A stretch of 64,000 nt of DNA from Promethearchaeota archaeon (lineage in GTDB: Archaea > Asgardarchaeota > Lokiarchaeia > Sigyniarchaeales > SOKP01): assembly GCA_048939995.1 (NCBI GenBank), contig JBHLOY010000003.1, forward strand, positions 384,001-448,000, in the 5' to 3' direction. A program made the translations under genes and the position numbers. Under the pieces are notes generated by a model. It saw only the letters and a list, made by a program, of their open reading frames with translations, was not told the DNA's origin and did not search any database. How positions within the stretch are numbered: position 1 is the first letter of the stretch; every line of letters begins with the position of its first letter. Below are positions 18,863 through 28,135 of this stretch, in pieces.

Positions 18863-19037
18863 ACTTCCTCACCTAAGTAGTGATTGGATATCGTTCAATT
18901 AGAACTTAACATTTATTGAGTATAAAAGAATGCATCCAAGTATGAACTTTATTTATGATTTTTTATTTTTATTATTATTTTTAATAAATATGAGGATATA
19001 AAAGAAATTTATAATCTGAGATAATATAAAAATAATG

Positions 19038-20468
19038 CTATCCTTGATTGAGATTCATTGCTAATTTTTTTAAATAATTTCGTTTCTGGAGCAAAATTTC
19101 AATTTGGTCGTTAATTTGCGCTAAATTCATACGTTCTAACATCTTAGCTTCTGAAGCTTTAATTTTTTCCCATTTCGCAAGATTATTAGATAATTCGTAT
19201 TGCTCATTTATTAAGCGTTTAGCTAATCGACTTAAACCATATTTTTCAGCAATATTATGAGCTTTAATTAACAAATTCTGAGCCTCTTCAAACTCAAAAA
19301 TTATTAATTTTAACTTAGCTTGAAATAATAATGCTTCAGCTAGTAGCCAAAATGACTCTTGTTTTTTGGCAATATTTTCTATTTGAATAACATAAGGATG
19401 AATTCTCTCTAATACTTTTAAATCATCAGTTTTACTTAATTCTTCTAAAAATAACTCACATAAGTTTATTAAAGCAAGATATTCAAACTCAACAAAAGTA
19501 CCCTCTTCCTCAATAATTTGCTTGAAAATCTCTTTTGCTTTTAAACGATTGGTGTCTTGAGGTTTCTTCTTTAATAAAATTGCCTTCTTAAGACGATAAT
19601 TATCATCTAGACCTCGAATATTTTCTTGATCTCTAAATACTCTAATCCTGTTTAGGCAGTACTGAGCCTTTTCAATTAAATTTATATTTATGTATAAATC
19701 AAAAAGAGAATCAAGAATATAAGGTGTTTTATAACTGCTAATCTCATCGCATAATAGTAAACTTTGCTCTAAATAACCTAAAGCCTGAGTAAATTCACCT
19801 TTTTGAGACAGAATCAATCCAATGATGTTAAAAGCACCAATAATTTCTTGCTTATTATTTATTTCCTCTGCAGCTGCTAAATAATATTTACTATATTCGA
19901 GAGCAAGGTCAATTTTACCCAAAAGATTATAAGTAGCGGCAAATAGTTTTGTTGCTTGCATTATAAGCTCTTTACTTTTAATTTCTTTAGCGATTGTTGA
20001 GACTTCTTCAGCGTATTTTAAAGAACAATTTAAATCACCCAAACTAAAATAACAGAAACCTTTATTAAGGGCCAAAAATGCGCTTTTCACTTCACATTCT
20101 ATCGAAGATTCTTGAATGATCGTGTGAAGTATTTGTTCGGCTTTTTCAATGATCTTAAACGCTATATTTACATCTTCCCCTCTTAGAAACGAACTCTTGA
20201 GAAGGAGAACATCAATAATTTGAAGTTTATTTTTTAATTTTTGACTCTCTCTATAAGCTAGTTCAATATATTTTAGAATTTCATTGGATTTTGAAGGTCC
20301 AAGTTCTAAAAGGAGACAAGCCTTTAAATAATAACAATCAAATTTTTCTTGGTCAGTTAGATCTTGGTCTTTTTCAAGCTCATCTACAATTCGAAGAGCT
20401 TCATTAAATTTAAATTCTTCAATCAACTTTTTTGTATTGAAAAAGTCTTTTCTATATAAATATAACAT
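19038..20468 (-). CDS. Tetratricopeptide repeat protein
   Basis: Repeated helical TPR-like units such as AFNIIGLILSQKGEFTQALGYLEQSL. Confidence 0.85.
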   Translation of the reverse strand: MLYLYRKDFFNTKKLIEEFKFNEALRIVDELEKDQDLTDQEKFDCYYLKACLLLELGPSKSNEILKYIELAYRESQKLKNKLQIIDVLLLKSSFLRGEDVNIAFKIIEKAEQILHTIIQESSIECEVKSAFLALNKGFCYFSLGDLNCSLKYAEEVSTIAKEIKSKELIMQATKLFAATYNLLGKIDLALEYSKYYLAAAEEINNKQEIIGAFNIIGLILSQKGEFTQALGYLEQSLLLCDEISSYKTPYILDSLFDLYININLIEKAQYCLNRIRVFRDQENIRGLDDNYRLKKAILLKKKPQDTNRLKAKEIFKQIIEEEGTFVEFEYLALINLCELFLEELSKTDDLKVLERIHPYVIQIENIAKKQESFWLLAEALLFQAKLKLIIFEFEEAQNLLIKAHNIAEKYGLSRLAKRLINEQYELSNNLAKWEKIKASEAKMLERMNLAQINDQIEILLQKRNYLKKLAMNLNQG

Positions 20469-20657
20469 TTATTTTGACCTTAATGATCTTTCATCCAATT
20501 CTTATTTTTTTAATTCTCTTGATTTCGTTTTTTTATTACAAATACAATAGTTAGGGGTAAAAATATGTCAAAATATACAAAAGGCTCTTCAGTATTTAAA
20601 TCTTGTTCTATATATAATTTATTTAAAACGAGAAAAAAATTGAATTGAATAAAAATA

Positions 20658-21404
20658 TTAACCTGGAGTGTTTTTGATTAATGGTTCTAATTTAAATACT
20701 ATTTGTTCATCTAATCGAGCTCGTTTAATTTTTCTTCTTAATTCAAATAGAGCAGCTAAGGGTAAAGACATATCAAAATATACAAAAGCCTCTTTAGTAT
20801 TTAATTCTTCTTCCATAGCTAATCTATGTAGTTTTAAAACATATTCAGAACGTAAATCCATGAATTTTTGAGCCCTCTTTTTGTCAAAGTATAAAAAGAC
20901 TGGCTCGTCTATATATGATAAATACTCATCATAGGTATTTTTAGCTTTCTTAAGATCTCCTAATTGGTTTTGAAGTAGATCTAACAATGGATCTAAATAA
21001 TCAAGTAACTGGGTAATATTATAACCTATATATCTGTAATTTTTGATCTCTCTTTTAAAAAATTGTTTAAGTTTCTGAGGATCGCCCGAAAGATCTATCT
21101 CATCAAATTCTAAATCCTGCTCTTTAAACTTTGGATTAATTTGAAAAATCTTTGGGGGGATCCTCCCTTTAATATCTGTTTCTCCAGCCCTCGATACAAG
21201 AAGTCCATCTTTTTCCATTAACTTAAGATGTCTCGCAACAGTTGATTTACTGTGCTCTATATAGTGAGTAATTTGAGTTACATTTAACTCTTTATGAAGC
21301 TCAAGGATAGCCCATATCTCGAATCGTAATTTATGTTTAGCTATTAATTGATCCCATTTCTCTCCAAAAGTATCATGTTTTTCATCATTCAATTGATCTT
21401 TCAT
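20658..21404 (-). CDS. ArsR-like winged-helix transcriptional regulator
   Basis: LRFEIWAIL..ELNVTQI...SKSTVARHLKLMEKDGLL. Confidence 0.85.
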   Translation of the reverse strand: MKDQLNDEKHDTFGEKWDQLIAKHKLRFEIWAILELHKELNVTQITHYIEHSKSTVARHLKLMEKDGLLVSRAGETDIKGRIPPKIFQINPKFKEQDLEFDEIDLSGDPQKLKQFFKREIKNYRYIGYNITQLLDYLDPLLDLLQNQLGDLKKAKNTYDEYLSYIDEPVFLYFDKKRAQKFMDLRSEYVLKLHRLAMEEELNTKEAFVYFDMSLPLAALFELRRKIKRARLDEQIVFKLEPLIKNTPG

Positions 21405-21706
21405 ACCCCTTTTCTAATTAAGTGTTAAAGTTTTCCTTAAGTCTTAATTATTTCCTTTAGTATTACTTTCTTTTAATAATATTCTTAAAAATTCAAATTA
21501 AAGTTCAAAAAACGTTCTTAAATTTTATCTCTTTAATATATATATTTCTTATATATATAAATATTTGATCATAACATTTAAATATAAAACGTTCTATTCA
21601 TATGATATTATGGCACGTCAATATTTTTAAACTATAAAAAAATGAAAGAAGATGTCATAATTTTAGAGAAAAAAATTTGAAAACAAAATTTAGAGTTGAA
21701 AAATAA

Positions 21707-22444
21707 ATGAATAGTTCTAAAATAATACCCAAATTAATAGTACTTACGACAGTAGGAATTCTTATTTGTAGCTTCATACCTATAGTTATTGCAAGTGAAG
21801 GAAAAGGAAGGATAACCACTAGACCAATAGAAGATTGGCTGATCCCTAATAATAGTGATATTGATCTTGCTGTAGGGGGATGGTTGGATTTTGAGACTTG
21901 GTTAGTTATTTGGCCTCATCTTGTTGATCCAGCGGCATTCCTGAACCCACCTACTCCAAGTTGTATGCCAATATTAAGTTGTTCTTATACTGGCTTCATA
22001 CTTCAACGAGAACTCAACGATAATAAACTCTCGATCACTATAAACTTACATGTTGAGGATGTTCCTTTTTATGTCTGCCTAAACCCACTTACACCGATAT
22101 TTAATGGAGATATGGATTATACATATCATTTCAAATTCTTAATTGACTTAAACTTGTATCCTGAGTTTCTATTTGATGAGTTTGGAAATGTAATGTTTGC
22201 TCCATGGTATATGTATGTTTATTTTCCAGATATGATGGGGACTGAATTAGTTTCAATCCATTTAAATGGTGAGGGAGAAGGTTCCTTTTTGGAATCATGG
22301 AACTCATGGGAAGCGGGAGACATAGGGAAAATGAAAGTGAATAACATCTTGCTTATAAAGGATGATTTTAAACAAGATCACCCTAATTATAATCTATATG
22401 GTTTGAACGAGCTATTACCAGTAGCTTTCATTTTCTTACATTAA
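21707..22444 (+). CDS. Secreted/exported hypothetical protein
   Basis: N-terminal basic plus hydrophobic segment ending VIA-S; divergent from the regulator. Confidence 0.75.
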   Translation: MNSSKIIPKLIVLTTVGILICSFIPIVIASEGKGRITTRPIEDWLIPNNSDIDLAVGGWLDFETWLVIWPHLVDPAAFLNPPTPSCMPILSCSYTGFILQRELNDNKLSITINLHVEDVPFYVCLNPLTPIFNGDMDYTYHFKFLIDLNLYPEFLFDEFGNVMFAPWYMYVYFPDMMGTELVSIHLNGEGEGSFLESWNSWEAGDIGKMKVNNILLIKDDFKQDHPNYNLYGLNELLPVAFIFLH

Positions 22445-22491
22445 AAGTCTGAAAAGAATAATAGGAGAGGGTTGGAATCTCTAAATAAAAG

Positions 22492-22581
22492 TATAGAATA
22501 AGGAGGATATTGTTTAGATAATTGGCTTCTCGAAAACCACACCTAAACTCATATTCCTCCAATTCTATATATCTTTTTTTT
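22492..22581 (+). other. Long imperfect hairpin followed by a T-tract between convergent genes
   Basis: Nested pairings TATAGAAT/ATTCTATA, GGAGGA/TTCCTCC, GTTTAG/CTAAAC, TGG/CCA. Confidence 0.6.
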
Positions 22582-22620
22582 CCTTTTTATTATTTGCTAA
22601 AAAAAAAAAATTAATTAGCA

Positions 22621-23514
22621 TTATTTTATAATATACACTAGTTTTTGACCTTCTTGTTCCTCAAGATTTAGTTTACGTCTTATTGCATTTCTTACCAAGT
22701 ATCCCCCAACATGCAAAATCGAATCTTTTAATATAGGATCTTGTTCCATTGAGGCATTACAAGGATAGGCATGGTGAGCCTTACTTATCCTTTCGTTTAA
22801 TGAAAGGTCTCCACTCTCTCCATTTTTAAAATACTTTGCTTTTAATTGCTGGCAAACGTAATATGTACTTCCACATGGAGCGCTTTGAATAACACACGTA
22901 TCATCTATCGATTCTTCGTCTTTACTTAATAGAAATGAGACAATAGGTTCACCAATTTTAAAATAATCTATGAACTCATAAATAAGATTGTGAGTTTCAG
23001 TTAAATGAAAGCCAAATTTATTATATTGATTTACTTCTTTACTTAATGAGCAAAAAGGCTTGGGAAAGGCGGCTTGAATCCCACATTTCTCAAACTCTTC
23101 CAGAACTTGAACCTGTAGTCCAGCAGGCACCCATTTTGGATCTTCTATTGGAACAATTACTGCTTTTATTCCCTTATTTTTAAGATAAGGGGGAAGACCA
23201 GAGAGTAAGTCTTGATGGATTCCTACAACCATTAAAAAATCGACAGGAGGTAAATTTTCTGGTAAGTAATTTTCTGGTTCTTCAATGAATTCAGGTACAT
23301 TTTGGCCGATTTTTTCATAAAAATAGATTGAACTTGAATAATTCGTTAAATGCTCACGGCATTTATCGCATTTTACGTTTTGTTCCAACACTTCACAAGC
23401 TTTACAAAAATCCTCATGGTTAATAAGATTTCCAACAAACTTTTGAGTTAGCATTTCTGTGTCTGGATTGGTTCCGTAAAATATTCCAAGAGTATAATGT
23501 TTGTCAGCCATCAC
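22621..23514 (-). CDS. DUF166-family protein
   Basis: PEFIEEPENYLP, HQDL, FPKPFCSL, SAPCGST, HHAYPCNASM. Confidence 0.8.
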   Translation of the reverse strand: MMADKHYTLGIFYGTNPDTEMLTQKFVGNLINHEDFCKACEVLEQNVKCDKCREHLTNYSSSIYFYEKIGQNVPEFIEEPENYLPENLPPVDFLMVVGIHQDLLSGLPPYLKNKGIKAVIVPIEDPKWVPAGLQVQVLEEFEKCGIQAAFPKPFCSLSKEVNQYNKFGFHLTETHNLIYEFIDYFKIGEPIVSFLLSKDEESIDDTCVIQSAPCGSTYYVCQQLKAKYFKNGESGDLSLNERISKAHHAYPCNASMEQDPILKDSILHVGGYLVRNAIRRKLNLEEQEGQKLVYIIK

Positions 23515-23732
23515 GTACTATATTAATCCTTAATTTTTATCTGTGATTCTAATAATCTAAAACTTTTATAATTTTTAACCCGAACATCTTCATATCATAA
23601 TGTTAAAAAAACTTTCTAGAAAAAAAAAGAAGAAGAGGGAATTCATTTAAGAATATAATTTAAATATCATATAAGTTATGCTTCACATATAAGACCATAT
23701 TTTAATAAGCAGCTAATTAGCGATAATAAGAA

Positions 23733-24569
23733 ATGGAAATATTAGAAATAAGGAAGCGATTAATCATTGATTTAAGGGAAGATATTCCAGAATTAGTGGA
23801 CAAATTCAATCATTTTATCTTAAAAAAACTACCCAGTAGAAGAAATTCTGTTTTAAATATAGTGTTTAACCGTAATACTGACCGTTTTCCTAAAGAGTTC
23901 ATCATTAAACTGTTTAAAACTGAAAATTTCAAAAATGAATACAATACCCTAAATAGTTTAGCAGAACAGAAATTACTGATTCCTAAAATTATTTTTTATA
24001 AAGCACCATATTTATTTTTAGAGAAAATCCCTGGTATAAATTTATGTGATTTCATTAATGATAGTTTGCGTAATGTAGTAAGTTTAGATGATTTAGAGAG
24101 AGAATCTAAAAAGGAAATTTTTAGGAGTTTAGAAAGATTAGCTTCCTGGTTAGCTCAATTACATAAAACTAATAAATCTGATGATTCTAGCAATTCTGAA
24201 ATTATCGTTTTAAATAAAGGGGATACGCGATTGAGAGATTTTATTTACAATATTGAAGAGGATAAAATAACTGGATTAGATTTTGAAGATTCTTATTATG
24301 GAAATCATTTAAATGATATTGCGTGGATTTGCTGTGCATTACTTGACACAAATCCGGGTATTTTCGAATTAGATGATCCCAAATTAAAAATTGACCTTTT
24401 TAATTTCTTTTTAAAAAGTTACTACAAAATAAATAAAAATTTCCAATTTAATTATAACTATTTTGCCGGCCAATTAATTGAAGATCTTAATCTTGTAATG
24501 AGAAGGAGAAATATTAATTTGACTCTTGATAAGACATACTTTATTAAGGAGATTTCGAAAGAAATCTAA
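23733..24569 (+). CDS. APH/choline-kinase-like phosphotransferase with an atypical catalytic loop
   Basis: IIKLF, LEKIPG, WLAQLH, KGDTRLRDF, LDFED, DIAW. Confidence 0.75.
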   Translation: MEILEIRKRLIIDLREDIPELVDKFNHFILKKLPSRRNSVLNIVFNRNTDRFPKEFIIKLFKTENFKNEYNTLNSLAEQKLLIPKIIFYKAPYLFLEKIPGINLCDFINDSLRNVVSLDDLERESKKEIFRSLERLASWLAQLHKTNKSDDSSNSEIIVLNKGDTRLRDFIYNIEEDKITGLDFEDSYYGNHLNDIAWICCALLDTNPGIFELDDPKLKIDLFNFFLKSYYKINKNFQFNYNYFAGQLIEDLNLVMRRRNINLTLDKTYFIKEISKEI

Positions 24570-24694
24570 TAGCTCTTCTTATAATCGTCTATATAAATAA
24601 GATTTGGTAAGTAGATTAGTATAAATATATAAAATTTTATCTATAATACATCAAATTTAATTAACTATATTCCAAAATTATAGGAGATTTAATA

Positions 24695-25447
24695 ATGAGC
24701 AACCCATTATTGGACACAAAAACCTCGTTAAAGAAAATGATATCTAACGTCGATTATTTAGAGAGTCTAAATAAAGATTATATCCCCAAATTAAAAGAAT
24801 TACCAACCAATTTACTAGAGGCAATTCAAAAACTTGAAGATGAAAAATCCAAAATATTAAAGATGATTGATAATAATTTAGTTGAAATTGATTCATATAA
24901 AAATAAAATATCTGAAAGTCAGAGAGATGTATCAAAACTCGAGGATTTTAACTCAGAATTGTCTCAACAGCGTCAAAACCTTATTGATAAAATACAAATC
25001 AAGCAAACTGAATTAAAGCAAACAAAAGATAAAATTAGAGAAAAAAATGAAGAATTTTCAAATCGTACGAAAAGATTGAGTGACTTAGAGGATAAAATTA
25101 ATGATTTATCTAGAGATCTAAGTCAGTTGGATGATAACCTAAAGGAGATTGAAAGAGATCTGGAAAATACTTTTCTTAAGAAAGAAAGACAAGTCCAGAA
25201 TTTTGGCTATCGCGTACAGGGAATGAAAATTCTAATTAATAAGAAGTATATTAACTCATCATTATATCAGTTCATAAGAGCATTACAGGTAGGAAGCACA
25301 TTAGATTTGAAGAACATCTTATTAGCAATCGATATGAGGGAAGATCAAGCAATAAAGATTCTTAATAAAATGTTAGACGAAAATGGTCCGATTGAATTCG
25401 ATTCTACAACTGGGACAGTGAAATTAAAACAGGAGGTGGACTTCTGA
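24695..25447 (+). CDS. Long coiled-coil protein with a predicted C-terminal winged helix
   Basis: Heptad-rich ~170 aa, then LDLKNILLAIDMREDQAIKILNKM...IEFDSTTGTVKL. Confidence 0.75.
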   Translation: MSNPLLDTKTSLKKMISNVDYLESLNKDYIPKLKELPTNLLEAIQKLEDEKSKILKMIDNNLVEIDSYKNKISESQRDVSKLEDFNSELSQQRQNLIDKIQIKQTELKQTKDKIREKNEEFSNRTKRLSDLEDKINDLSRDLSQLDDNLKEIERDLENTFLKKERQVQNFGYRVQGMKILINKKYINSSLYQFIRALQVGSTLDLKNILLAIDMREDQAIKILNKMLDENGPIEFDSTTGTVKLKQEVDF

Positions 25448-26184
25448 TGAGTTCGTATTTAAAAAATGTATTTGGTTTGATTGAAACTCTCGAAAAATCC
25501 TTGGATGGATACCGCCAGTATTTTCAAGAAACTCACGAAACATTAACCCAAGATTTGGGTACTAGCTGGAAAAGAATGAAAGATGAGCAAAAAGAAATTG
25601 AAGATCTCGAAGCTGTTGTCCGTTCTCAAAATTCCGAAATTACGGAATTAAAGCTTAAATCTGATGAATTATCCAAAAAAATTGAGGAACTACAAAACAC
25701 TAAAACTGAATTAACATCAAAAATTTCTGAATTAAATAGTTCTTTAGAAAAGGTAACTGATGACCTTAAAACACCTCAACTAGAATTAGACAATTTAAGG
25801 TCAAAGCTTAATTCTTTAAATCAAAAAATTACGACGAAAGAAGATGAAAAATCAGCAATGGAACAGGAAAAGCTAGATTATCAGAACCGCGAGAATTACC
25901 TTAAAACCATATATTCTGAAGAAAAGATGGCAGATCTGAACAGAAAATTATCTCAATTAAAAAGAAATAATTTCTTTACTTCCTTTTTAATTGAAAATTC
26001 AGAAGAAGAGATTTCAGAAGTTGATATAATCGCTACTATTATGACTCAAGGGAGTGTAAATCTTGATGAACTTAAAAAGTTACTTGACGTTCCTCCAATT
26101 ATGGCAGTGAGGACTATCAAACAACTGGCAGTTGCTGGTATTATAAATCTAGATGAAAATACTAATATAATCACTATGCCATAA
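25447..26184 (+). CDS. Long coiled-coil protein with a predicted C-terminal winged helix (translationally coupled, same architecture as the previous gene)
   Basis: TGATG overlap with SD AGGAGGT; VNLDELKKLLDVPPIMAVRTIKQLAVAGIINLD. Confidence 0.78.
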   Translation: MSSYLKNVFGLIETLEKSLDGYRQYFQETHETLTQDLGTSWKRMKDEQKEIEDLEAVVRSQNSEITELKLKSDELSKKIEELQNTKTELTSKISELNSSLEKVTDDLKTPQLELDNLRSKLNSLNQKITTKEDEKSAMEQEKLDYQNRENYLKTIYSEEKMADLNRKLSQLKRNNFFTSFLIENSEEEISEVDIIATIMTQGSVNLDELKKLLDVPPIMAVRTIKQLAVAGIINLDENTNIITMP

Positions 26185-26266
26185 TCAAATTTTTCAATCT
26201 TATTTATTCTTTTTACGTTTTAATTCTTTTTTAATAGGTTTTTAAAATTACAAATATAAAAAATGG

Positions 26267-26290
26267 CGTTATGTTTTACCGGTAATAACG
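26267..26290. promoter_or_regulatory. ModE-type operator upstream of tupA
   Basis: CGTTAT-N12-ATAACG perfect arms, directly before a TTTAAA TATA-like box at 26291. Confidence 0.75.
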
Positions 26291-26347
26291 TTTAAATTTG
26301 AGGCAAATTTTGCATTAATATAAATTAATCAAAATTTTTGAAAAAAA

Positions 26348-27385
26348 ATGCCCTCAATAAGAAATTTATTTAAAAAGTCATTAACTGAACATAAAACAGC
26401 CTTTTTAATATTAGTTTTAATAATTGTGGGAGGAGTAATTGGAGTATATTTCGTAGTGGATTACTTAAATGCACAAAATCCAGAAAAAATAACATTAGCT
26501 ACTACAACATCAACTTACGATTCTGGATTATTAGATTATTTATTACCAAAATTTACTGAATTAACTGGAATTCAAGTTAGTATATTATCAGTAGGTACAG
26601 GAACCGCAATACAATATGGTAAAGATGGAAATGTGGATGTGATTCTCGTTCATTCGAGATCAAGAGAGGATGATTTTGTAAATGCAAGTCTTGGTGTCAA
26701 TGGAATTTCGTTTGGTATTCATCGTGCATGTGTCATGTTTAATGATTTTATTATTGTTGGACACGAATCAAATCCTGCCAATTTACAAATCGGTGATAAT
26801 ATAACAACAGTTATGATAAAATTAAGAGACGCTATTGATATAGGTAACATGACATTTTATTCAAGAGGAGATAATTCTGGAACTCATTCGAAAGAAAAAG
26901 AATTATGGGGATTAATTGGTGTTATTGCAGAGACAAGATGGGCTTTAGCACCTGATAAATATACAGAAACAGGACAAGGTATGGCAGAAACACTATTAAT
27001 GACTTATGAAGATATCGATCCTGCCCATGAAGGATACACCTTAGTTGATAGAGGTACATGGCTTTCCTTCAACGATACATACACCTCACTAAACATTTTA
27101 GCTGAATCTGTTATTGGTGAGAATTTCCTACTTAATCCATACGGTGTTATTCCTATTAATCCAATATTATATCAAAATATAAAATATATTTCTGCTTGCC
27201 GATTTGTAGGGTTCCTTACCTCAAATTACGGACAGTCATTAATTAATTCATTCAAAAAAAATAATGCTACTTTATTTCACGCTGATTTTGGAACATGTAA
27301 TTATGAAACAAGCTGCATGACAACTGAGGATGAAATAGCTATCTGGACTCCTTTTCAAGCTGAATTCGCAGGATTAACAATATAG
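26348..27385 (+). CDS. tupA: Tungstate ABC transporter substrate-binding protein
   Basis: LATTTSTYDSGLL, GTGTA, SRGDNSGTH, DRGTW; N-terminal TM anchor. Confidence 0.93.
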   Translation: MPSIRNLFKKSLTEHKTAFLILVLIIVGGVIGVYFVVDYLNAQNPEKITLATTTSTYDSGLLDYLLPKFTELTGIQVSILSVGTGTAIQYGKDGNVDVILVHSRSREDDFVNASLGVNGISFGIHRACVMFNDFIIVGHESNPANLQIGDNITTVMIKLRDAIDIGNMTFYSRGDNSGTHSKEKELWGLIGVIAETRWALAPDKYTETGQGMAETLLMTYEDIDPAHEGYTLVDRGTWLSFNDTYTSLNILAESVIGENFLLNPYGVIPINPILYQNIKYISACRFVGFLTSNYGQSLINSFKKNNATLFHADFGTCNYETSCMTTEDEIAIWTPFQAEFAGLTI

Positions 27386-27438
27386 AATTACATTTTTCAA
27401 TTTCAATTTAAATAGAAAAATAACTTTAAAACAAGATA

Positions 27439-28134
27439 ATGGTAAATGAAATTATTGAAGGAATATTAGAAGCAATACGTTTAATATTTACATTTGATCC
27501 CGAGGTTTGGGGTATTATTGGTGTTTCTTTTCGAGTTTCTTTAACCTCAACTTTTCTTGCTGCTTTAGTAGCACTACCAATTGGGTCATTTATAGGTTTA
27601 AGAGAATTTAAAGGAAAAAGAAGTCTAACTAATCTGATTAATACTTTTATGGGATTTCCTCCTGTAGTTATGGGATTAATAGTTTATTTACTACTTTCTC
27701 GAACTGGTCCTCTTGGTGCTTTAGGGTTATTGTATTCGACAACTGCCATGATTTTTGTTCAATTTCTTTTGGCAGTTCCAATAATTATGGGAACAGCAAA
27801 GGCTGCCATTGAAAGCGTGGATCCTACTTTAAAGGAAACTGTGCTCTCATTGGGGGCAAATGAACGTCAGTTATGGTGGGAATTAATAAAAAGTTCAAGG
27901 AGATCAATAATAGCAGGATTTCTTGTTGCTTTTGGTCAAGCTATTTCAGAAGTAGGTGCCGTTATAATAGTGGGAGGTAATATCAGGTGGGAAACAAGAA
28001 CATTTACAACCGCGATTGTACTTCAAACTCGTATGGGAGAATTTGGAATGGCAATAGCGTTAGGGATTATTCTTCTTCTAATCGCTTTTATTATAAATTA
28101 TGGAATGACTCGTTTACAATCTAGGGCTAATTAA
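27439..28134 (+). CDS. tupB: Tungstate ABC transporter permease
   Basis: PPVVMGL...LSRTGPLG, SEVGA..IVGGNI...TR.FTTAI. Confidence 0.93.
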   Translation: MVNEIIEGILEAIRLIFTFDPEVWGIIGVSFRVSLTSTFLAALVALPIGSFIGLREFKGKRSLTNLINTFMGFPPVVMGLIVYLLLSRTGPLGALGLLYSTTAMIFVQFLLAVPIIMGTAKAAIESVDPTLKETVLSLGANERQLWWELIKSSRRSIIAGFLVAFGQAISEVGAVIIVGGNIRWETRTFTTAIVLQTRMGEFGMAIALGIILLLIAFIINYGMTRLQSRAN

Positions 28135-28135
28135 T

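Noticed and set aside
18869-18898. TTG...TGA in frame with the ATPase (MNDIQSLLR-U-GS...), read as a second selenoprotein
   Set aside because: The TGA is part of the SD AGGTGAGG, and I found no AUGA/GA hairpin downstream of the ATPase stop. An ATT start is the simpler explanation.
22466-22482. GAGGGTTGGAATCTCT as a degenerate attR copy of the tRNA-Leu T arm
   Set aside because: Only about 12 of 16 bases match, there is no acceptor-stem match and no integrase nearby; compatible with chance.
22492-22569. Hairpin read as a SECIS for the DUF166 gene (the minus strand has AUGA before the stem)
   Set aside because: The 3' side has AA rather than GA opposite the core, and the gene has no in-frame TGA.
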